Shown one piece after another: positions 11,650 to 18,597 of a stretch of 18,597 nucleotides of DNA. The stretch lies in assembly GCF_006345805.1 (NCBI RefSeq), contig NW_021824528.1, positions 1 to 18,597 on the forward strand. Reading direction: 5' to 3'. Every line of letters starts with the position of its first letter. The stretch's first letter is position 1. Source of the DNA: Octopus sinensis (Eukaryota). A program made the translations under genes and the position numbers. The notes under the pieces are model-generated. The model saw nothing but the letters and a program-made list of their open reading frames with translations. It ran no database searches and was not told where the DNA came from.

Positions 11650-11950
11650 ACTTGCTTTAAATGGAGTTTCTCAAGACTGGTACTTAGGCAGTGTATTACA
11701 CATCCCAGTGCCCCAATAATTATAAGTATAAACCTGAACTTGTAACCTGGATAGAGAAACTGCAAATTTCTCAATAGTTCAGCGTAGGTATTTTCTCTTT
11801 CGTTGATCTTTAGCTTGTGAAGGAAAGCATCTTGCTTTATCCACCGCCCTGTAAATCTCAAGAAGGTCTTGCAGATTTTTATAGTCCCTGATATCATTAT
11901 CATTTGTAGCGTGTGAATTAAGGATTTATATTATTTCCTCACGATCCCGT
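11650..11950 (-). mobile_element. RLE-type LINE endonuclease C-terminal fragments (rearranged order)
   Basis: ORF 11616-11903 contains KLKINERENTYAELLRNLQFLYPGYKFRFILIIIGALG (RLE motif EK..KY..L.....P..IGALG). It is preceded by SLIHTLQMIMISGTIKICKTFLRF. Confidence 0.85.
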
Positions 11951-12072
11951 GTTCATATGTATGTATGTATATGAGTTATATCAAATTACATATGAAACTC
12001 ACGCATATATCAGAATATACCAATATTCTTAATAAATATAACTTCTTATCATGATGAGACGAATGATTTACG
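11922..12072 (+). repeat. About 150 bp segment duplicated inside the mariner (uninterrupted copy)
   Basis: Matches 14891-14964 plus 15297-15382, for example acgatcccgtgttcatatgtatgtatgtat and tatcatgatgagacgaatgatttacg. Confidence 0.95.
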
Positions 12073-12419
12073 CACTCAATCACAGTGAATGCACAGATAT
12101 GCCACGGATTCGAATTTCAGGTTAAACTTACCAACCCGAAGTCAGTATTTAACTAAACAATACTGTCTCTTTGTGCACTCCAGACAAATTGTGGTCCTCT
12201 ATTTGGCCATCTTCAGCAGAGCAGCAACGCTGCTTAGAACACAGGTGATGTTTATTTATTTGTTTGCTAGTTCATATGTTTTTATCTGCAAATAGAATAG
12301 CATTTATGACAGGTTTACTTCTAGAATTTTTTTCGTTTCGTAATTTTTGATATTTAAAGAAATATAATTTTTTTTACGGCAAAGGAATCAAAATCAGTCA
12401 ATGTATGGATAAGAGAATA

Positions 12420-12493
12420 GTGTGTGTGTACATAATATTTTAGACATAATATATGTAATATGCAAATAATATATATATCATATGGTATGTATG

Positions 12494-12533
<40 letters not shown>

Positions 12534-12535
12534 CA
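12420..12535. repeat. (TA)n/(TATG)n compound microsatellite
   Basis: Directly visible. Confidence 0.85.
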
Positions 12536-12699
12536 TGTACCTGATGTGACACAAACTGCACAGATTGATGCAACACAGATATAGAAAATCCTACCCGTAA
12601 TGGACAGTTTCAGGATGAGTTGAAACGATAGTCGTACTGAATAAAGACTAGTAGCAAATCTATCTTCCGCTTCCTTCAACAAATATTACTATATAATAA

Positions 12700-12869
12700 T
12701 TTCAAATTCGGGTACAGGGCCAGCATTTATCTTCTCTAAGGGGAGGGCGAAGTCAATTACATCGACTCCAGTTCTTGACTGGTACTTATTTTTCGAACCG
12801 GAAAGGATGAAAAGTAAAATCGACCTCGGTAAGAATTTGAACTAAGAACGTATAGACAGACGAAATGCC
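12700..12869 (-). mobile_element. Nin/Deu-domain SINE (type D) fragment
   Basis: ctggtacttatttttcgaaccggaaaggatgaaaagtaaaatcgacctcggtaagaatttgaac...acagacgaaatgcc is the reverse complement of the body of 18341-18597. Confidence 0.85.
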
Positions 12870-13170
12870 ATTCATGTATTATATTTACTGTGAATACATC
12901 GTGATACAAAATTTACTGTGGTATTCATCCTTAGATACTATCTTCTATGGATATGGCACGTTTGAAAAACACAATATGCATGTACCGAAGGGAATCTCAG
13001 CTGCCGCGAGTGAAAACGCTAGATACATTTCTGTTTCTGAGAAGGTTATCTATAACGTGTACTCACAGCCTGACATGCTTAGACGAAATCCGTCGCACTA
13101 GATCATTCGCGAATTACTGCAGAATGCGAGGACTATGCTCTATCACAACAGTCTAATCTGAAAGTGGCAT

Positions 13171-13570
13171 TGGATGTGTGGTAAGTAGCTTATTTACCAA
13201 CCACATGGTTCCGGGTTCAGTCCCACTGCGTGGCACCTTGGGCAAGTGTCTTCTACTCTAGCCTCGGGCCAACCAAAGCCTTGTGAGTGGATTTGATAGA
13301 CGGAAACTGAAAGAAGCCCGTCGTATATATGTATATATATATGTATGCGTGTGTGCGTTTGTGTGTCTGTGTTTGTCCCCCTAGCATTTCTTGACAACCG
13401 ATGCTGGTGTGTTTATGTCCCCGTTACTTAGCGGTTCGGCAAAAGTGACCGATAGAATAAGTACTGGGCTTACAAAAGAATAAGTCCCGGGGTCGAGTTG
13501 CTCGATTAAAGGCGGTGCTCTAGCATGGCCGCAGTCAAATGACTGAAACAAGTAAAAGAGTAAAAGAGAG
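13171..13570 (+). mobile_element. tRNA-derived SINE type C, near-complete copy
   Basis: tRNA-like head (gtgtggtaag...gggttcagtccc), CORE-like gtggcaccttgggcaagtgtctt, short internal TA/TG tract, and tail ending in aagtaaaagagtaaaagag repeats. Four further copies occur in this window. Confidence 0.93.
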
Positions 13571-13898
13571 AGTCAGACCAATGGATTCAGGAACATTACT
13601 GTTACAGAAGCAGATATGAAAACATCCTTAATAATATAAATATACTCATTTAAAACAGACTTAGATTAACATACCGATGTGTATATCCTTTGTCATGTTA
13701 GTATCTATACATGCGTAGAACGGCATTAAAGAGCTTTGGGATTTTAACACACAAGTCTCTTTCAGATGTTTTTTCTGAGATAAAATAGTACAGTTAGTGT
13801 CGTTCCACATTTGTACACACATTATAAATGTTGTTCATACTAGTGTTTTATCCTTAATAAAAATATATGGAACTTAAGCATAGAAATACGTTAACAGA

Positions 13899-13938
13899 TA
13901 CACACACGCATATATACATATATATATATATATATATA
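13899..13938. repeat. (CA)n(TA)n microsatellite
   Basis: Directly visible. Confidence 0.9.
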
Positions 13939-14276
13939 TTTATAATTCCTGACGTATGCCACAATGTAAACAAGAAAACACAAACACTACCAATTAAGCG
14001 GAAACATGTTGGGAGTTATTTCCCGTACCTGCCGGAAATACGAAATAAATAAATAAATTTATTAGTTATCGACTAATATTGTTTTCATCGTAAAATCATC
14101 TACTTCAGTTTTTAGTGCTTTATGTAGTAAATAAAGCGATAGTCACTTTATTATTCATTTATAAGGCAAATATCGTGTCACAATTATTTAACTTCTAAAC
14201 AATAGTATTTCTCTGTGCTAACACACACACACCACGCAATGTTGAAATGTGCGTTATTCCTAACATTATTTTCTTT

Positions 14277-14398
14277 TGTGCGTGTGCAACTCTCTTTGTG
14301 TGTGTATGTGTGTGTGTGTGTCCGTGTGTGTGTGTGTGTGTGCATGCGTGTGTGTGTGCATGCGTGTGTGTGCGTGCCCGCGCTTGCATGCGTGTCTG
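14277..14398. repeat. (TG)n degenerate microsatellite with tgca interruptions
   Basis: Directly visible; source of several spurious V/C and H/T ORFs. Confidence 0.9.
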
Positions 14399-14569
14399 TA
14401 ATCACTATATTGTTGGGTGTAGTCGTGGGTTGCATCTCATGTTCCCTGGTTTTGCTATATAAAACGAGGGAAATGGTAGAATTAGTGAGTGCTACTTTAA
14501 TATGTTGTATAGAGTCAGATTTGTAGGTGGTTAGGAGATGGCTGGCGTGTTTGCGCAACATATCCCACA

Positions 14570-15863
14570 CTTGATGCATTCCAGAACTTTTGAGACTTTT
14601 TTTTATAACTGTTATAGTTTATTGTAATTTCAGTATATCATTACTATACATCTAATAAGCTGACCTGATGAGTCCAGTAACAACACTTTGAACACATTCT
14701 CCTAAACACTCCTTGTTACAAACTGACTAGCATGCAGAATGTAGTCAGAATGTTTGCAAGCTCGCTAAATAATAAACTGGGCAAAAATTACTACAGAAAC
14801 TTATGAAGCGTTCAAGATAACTTTATGGATTAACTTTTCCACTGGTACGAGAGGTTTAAGGACGGTAGAGAGAAGGTGAGAGATGATGAGGGATTGCATT
14901 ATCTCCCTACGATCCCGTGTTCATATGTATGTATGTATGTAAGTATACGAGTTATATCAAATTAGTGAAGGCGCGTGGCTTAGTGGTTAGGGACATTCGG
15001 CTCATGATCGTAAGGTCGTGAGTTCAATTCCCGGCGGCGCCATGTGAGCAAGACACTTTATTTCATGTTGCTCCAGTCTACTCAGCTGGCAAAAATGAGT
15101 AGTACCTGTATTTCAAAGGGCAAGACTTGTCACACACTGTGTCACGCTGAATCTCCCCGAGAACTACGTTAAGGGTACACGTGTTTGTGGAGTGTTCAGT
15201 CACTTGCACATTAATTTCACGAGCAAGCTGTTCCGTTGATCGTATCAACTGGGAGCCTCGTCGTCGCAACCGACGGAGTGCTCCTATATCAAATTACATA
15301 TGAAACCCTCGCATATGTCAGAATATATACCAATATTCTTAATAAATCTAACTTCCTATCATGATGAGACGAATGATTTACGAATGGTTGAGAAAATTGG
15401 CAGTTTTCTGGATGAAGACCGTCGTGTGACTATAAAAAACAATGAGCATACACTTTGGAGTTGCCAACTGTACACAGAATTATTCATAAAGATCTGAACA
15501 TTTGTTCAGTGTTCAGGGATGATAATCCTTGTAAACAACTACTTCTCAGAGATGGGCATCAAAATAATCCCTCTCCCTCCCTACAGCCCAAAACTTGTTT
15601 CCTGTGACTTTTGGTTGCTCTCCAAGCAGAAATAGAAACTCAGGCCAGTCGTTTTGAAGACATTGAGAAGGCGAAGGAGGCTGTGACAAGGATACCGGAC
15701 ACCTTCACTTTGGTTGACATCCATGAGGCGTTCACGAAGTGACTGTAGCGCTACAAGTGCACTGAAGTCAGCGGAGCCTACTTTGAAGGAAATGAGAATT
15801 TTGTACTTCTTTGAAATTAACAAATATCTCTCCTGAAAATGCCTTTCCAGAATGTACCTTGAA
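14570..15863 (+). mobile_element. Internally deleted mariner (DD34D-type) transposon remnant with nested insertions
   Basis: KLGK..TETYE and HWYERFKDGREKVRDDE (14774-14890), MVEKIGSFLDEDRRVTIK (from 15384), PPYSPKLVSCDFWL (from about 15576; YSPDLAPxD motif), FEDIEKAKEAVT, GAYFEG (about 15790). The central WVP/DETW region is absent. Ends are degenerate TIR-like (tgcattccagaac vs reverse complement tacattctggaaa). Confidence 0.82.
14965..15284 (+). mobile_element. tRNA-derived CORE-like SINE (type B) with perfect 12-bp TSD
   Basis: A box tggcttagtggttagg, B box gttcaattccc, CORE-like gagcaagacactttatttcatgttgctccagtctactcagctggcaaaaatgag. TSD tatatcaaatta at 14953-14964 and 15285-15296. Confidence 0.95.
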
Positions 15864-15907
15864 TCGTGGAAGAGGGCTAGTGTGAGATGACGAGAAGACG
15901 TATGTAT

Positions 15908-16049
15908 GAGGTTTGCTTCCCAACCACATGGTTTCAGGTTCAGTCTCACTGCGTAGAACCTTGGGCAAGTGTCTTCTGCTATAGCCACGGACCGACCAAA
16001 GGCTTGTGAGTGTATTTGGTAGACGCAAACTGAAAAAAGCCCATCGAAC

Positions 16050-16080
<31 letters not shown>

Positions 16081-16329
16081 CATACACACACACACACACA
16101 CATACACATATATATATATATATAATATCTTCGTGTCTGTCTGTATTGTGTGTGTGTCCCCATCACCGCTTGACAACCAAGGTTGGTGTATTTACGTCCC
16201 CGTGACATAGCGGTTCAGCAAAATAAAACGATAGAATAAGTACTAGGCTTAAGTAATAAGTCCTGGGATCGATTTTTTCGATTAAAGCCCTTCAAGACGG
16301 TGCTCCACCATGGTTGCAGTCAAACGACT
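15908..16329 (+). mobile_element. tRNA-derived SINE type C with internal (TA)n(CA)n(TA)n
   Basis: Collinear with 13171-13570; slightly truncated at both ends. Confidence 0.92.
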
Positions 16330-16359
16330 TTTTGTTGACGCTGTCATGTATCACCTATG

Positions 16360-16810
16360 CATAGACATTGCCCTGGGTATCATTTTAAACTACGTCCGGT
16401 AATGAGGACCCAGTTCAGGATTGCAGGGTTTTGAGGAAAGTGGACTCAGCCCTTAGTCACTACTTACCCCAAATATACTATGACCCAGAGTTATAGCACC
16501 TGCCAGGGCCTCAGCTATGGGTAAATCATCATTATTAGGGCTCAGTCTGGCGGACTCGTGGAGGGGAAGGCGGCTGTAGTAACACATTGTGGAATGCTGA
16601 GGGTAAGACGAGGTATGTAAGACATCTTAGTCATCTAGTGAATCCCATCTCAATTCTCAGTCGTTTGACCAGGTCTTCCGACACGACTGAAGATAGTCAC
16701 TGACTAGACAATGAAGCTGACGGTGTGCAACTCTGAAACAAAGACACCGAGGCAGTCATCATTGATTTAAAGAAATTTCATTTCCCCAAATTACTAGGTA
16801 TAAGACTCTC
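16360..16810 (+). mobile_element. Decayed interspersed repeat, possibly the 5' region of a LINE (RTE-like)
   Basis: GC-richer block. Motifs cctgggtat, tgacccagag, gcacctg..aggg, ctatgggt.aaat resemble an abundant octopus repeat recalled from memory. Classification is unverified. Confidence 0.35.
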
Positions 16811-16845
16811 CCTTTACGAGGTTAACTTATCCTCTAAGCAACTTT

Positions 16846-16937
16846 CATACATACATACATACATACATACATACATACATACATACATACATACATACAT
16901 ACATACACACACTGTCCCTCTCTCTCACACACACACA
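16846..16937. repeat. (CATA)n microsatellite plus short CT/CA runs
   Basis: Directly visible. Confidence 0.93.
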
Positions 16938-17034
16938 TTTAATGATCTCGTTTCCTGGCAGTTGGCCAGTCAAAACAATCTTTTAAAAATCCAGCCGGGA
17001 AGATACATAATACGCATTCAAATATAAATATAAC

Positions 17035-17130
17035 ATATATATATATATATATAGATGTAATATATATATATATATATATATATATATCTATAATATATTA
17101 ATATATATATATATATAATATATATATATT
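17035..17130. repeat. (TA)n microsatellite
   Basis: Directly visible; left flank of the PLE cassette. Confidence 0.93.
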
Positions 17131-17134
17131 TATT

Positions 17135-17581
17135 TACCATTTTTATTGTATTACCATGTGGACTCCTCATTTCATTACGATTACCCAGAAGGCGCGCATG
17201 GCAGAATTTTGGAGGGAAAATTTACGTTCCCAGTCGTTACTTGGTTTTAACATCTGCGCACTTCCCCCCCTATCTGATGTCGCTGGGTCAGAAGTGAGGG
17301 CTGGTGGCATTTGATAAAGCTATCGAATATAGCGCTGATGACGGAATTCAACTCCCCTTTTTTTATATGTTTGTGATCCAGAAACACGGTGTTCGCTATT
17401 ACGGTAAGTGACTGAATTCGTATATTTGCCACTCCGGTTTTGTGTATGTGAGCCGCAAGGGCCTTCGTTTTTGGAATCTCCACTTATAGAAATGGAAAAA
17501 ACGGTCTTTGACTGCCATTTCTAATTCCTTCGGTATGAGGCGAAACAGCTTGCTGCTAGCCAACTTATTTTTCTTTACTAT
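17135..17581 (+). mobile_element. Penelope-like element pseudo-LTR remnant
   Basis: FITITQKARMAEFWRENLRSQSLLGFNI (about 17171-17254) has the spacing of the GIY-YIG C-terminal ExFWIxxLxTxxPxGLN motif. It is followed by a hammerhead ribozyme, a GTAAGT...TTATAG intron-like segment (17404-17489), and ATG at 17492 with a downstream SQLIFL fragment. Confidence 0.65.
17329..17399 (+). ncRNA. Minimal type I hammerhead ribozyme
   Basis: Stem I atagcg (17329-17334) pairs with cgctat (17394-17399). Core CTGATGA at 17335-17341. Stem II gga (17343-17345) pairs with tcc (17377-17379), with a C.A mismatch at its base. GAAA at 17381-17384. Stem III a-c-a/t-g-t with loop cgg. NUH triplet GUU at 17391-17393. 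Confidence 0.75.
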
Positions 17582-17592
17582 AGATATATATA

Positions 17593-17625
<33 letters not shown>

Positions 17626-17765
17626 ATTATATATATATATATATGTATGTATATATATATATATATATGCATACGTAATGTGTATATGTGTGTATAAATG
17701 TATATATATGTATAATATATGCATATGTATAAGTGTGTGTGCGCATGTGCGTGTACATATATATT
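17582..17765. repeat. (TA)n/(TG)n compound microsatellite
   Basis: Directly visible; right flank of the PLE cassette. Confidence 0.93.
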
Positions 17766-17889
17766 TATAATTGGTAATTGTCAACATGTATGATTTATCT
17801 CTTGACTTCAGTTACGACTTCGGGGCCATTGTAGGAGGGATGGGGGAACACTGAGTTATCAGCACAACTTGTGATGCAGACTAAATGAA

Positions 17890-18010
17890 CCCACTGTGGG
17901 AAATACACCCAATTACTTTCCCTACTAACAAAAGTTTTTCTTTCAGCATAGCAGCCACAAAAGACAAAAATATTTACAGTGCATTTGTGTAAAGCGTGCT
18001 AACTTACTAA
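17890..18010 (+). mobile_element. Possible short RTE-like LINE remnant (post-RT region)
   Basis: QLLSLLTKVF and KDKNIYSAFV*SVLTY resemble the KxxLYxxxVRSVLLYG motif downstream of LINE RT domains. Short and degenerate. Confidence 0.35.
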
Positions 18011-18092
18011 AAATGCGTTACTCTGTTACAGATCGACTTTCTTACTGTTCTTCTCACCGCTTCTCATCTTGCATTTCTTAACTGTGGGAATG

Positions 18093-18212
18093 TTAGTATC
18101 TTTCCCGACGTTTCAAACGTTTGAGGAATAACAATGCATATTCTGAACGATATCTATTTGGTTCTCGGTCATTGGTAGATTTCCACCAGATTATACCACT
18201 TCCAGGGCGTTC
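18093..18212 (-). CDS. Candidate terminal coding exon of an unknown gene (39 aa plus stop)
   Basis: Acceptor tattattttacag|G at 18213/18212. Phase-0 frame ERPGSGIIWWKSTNDREPNRYRSEYALLFLKRLKRRERY*. Non-repetitive context. No upstream exon in the window and no nearby AATAAA. Confidence 0.25.
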   Translation of the reverse strand, partial: ERPGSGIIWWKSTNDREPNRYRSEYALLFLKRLKRRERY

Positions 18213-18274
18213 CTGTAAAATAATATATTGACAGAATTGAATCGAACATGGTAATCATTCTGTAAATTATACAT

Positions 18275-18338
18275 ATGAGAGCAATTTTGAAATGGGGAAG
18301 GTTAGTTGATTAAATTAACACTAGTATTGCCCGGTACT
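18275..18338 (-). mobile_element. Old type D SINE 3' fragment, opposite in orientation to the adjacent copy
   Basis: ggggaaggttagttgattaaattaacactagtattgcccggtact aligns loosely with gggagggcgaagtcaattacatcgactccagttcttgactggtact at about 12741-12786. Confidence 0.5.
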
Positions 18339-18340
18339 AA

Positions 18341-18597
18341 AGGCGGCGAGATGGCAGAATCGTTAGCACGTAGGCGAAAAGCTTAGCGGTATTTCGTCTG
18401 CCGTTGCGTTATGAGTTCAAATTACGCCGAGGTCGACTTCGCCTTTCAGCCTTTCGGGGTCGATAAATTAAGTATCAGTTACGCAATGGGGTCGATATAA
18501 TCGACTTAATCCGTTTGTCTGTCCTTGTTTGTCCTCTCTGTGTTTAGTCCCTTGTGGGTAGTAAAGAAATAGGTATTTCGTCTGCCGCTTACGTTCT
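18341..18597 (+). mobile_element. Nin/Deu-domain tRNA-derived SINE (type D), runs off the window
   Basis: Head ggcggcgagatggcagaatcgttag, B-box-like gttcaaatt, Nin-like ggtcgacttcgcctttcagcctttcggggtcgataaattaagta. Internal restart ggtatttcgtctgccg at about 18388 and about 18572. Confidence 0.88.

Noticed and set aside
12120-12225. Minus-strand CTGAAGA with a hairpin and a downstream GTAAGT
   Set aside because: No GAAA box after the stem and no stem I partner.
14660-14700. CTGATGAGTCC, the classic hammerhead opening
   Set aside because: No GGAC-GAAA partner follows; it lies in the mariner 5' region.
16681-16727. CTGAAGA-tagtc-act-gacta-GACA hammerhead-like hairpin
   Set aside because: Stem II is good, but the second box is GACA and there is no stem III or UH site, so it is not supportable without paralogues.
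17265-17300. Possible second hammerhead (CTGATGT...GAAG) upstream of the real one
   Set aside because: Both boxes are mutated and stems II and III are absent.

Overview
AT-rich, microsatellite-dense eukaryotic non-coding DNA, most likely from an octopus (inferred from the SINE families and the repeat density). Most of the window is layered transposable-element debris: about ten tRNA-derived SINE copies of four types, a full-length decayed DD37D (maT-type) Tc1/mariner element with TIRs (3101-4366), an internally deleted mariner carrying a nested templated insertion plus a SINE (about 14570-15863), three minus-strand remnants of an RLE-type (R2/R4-like) non-LTR retrotransposon, and Penelope-like element (PLE) remnants. 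The clearest structured signal is a complete minimal type I hammerhead ribozyme (17329-17399). It sits in a pseudo-LTR-like cassette: GIY-YIG C-terminus, ribozyme, GT-AG intron, ATG. No intact host gene is supported, and there is one weak candidate terminal exon at 18093-18212 (-). Nearly all ORFs in the supplied track are microsatellite or SINE artefacts, or transposon fragments. All alignments were done by eye, and I found no convincing evidence of a wholly new system.
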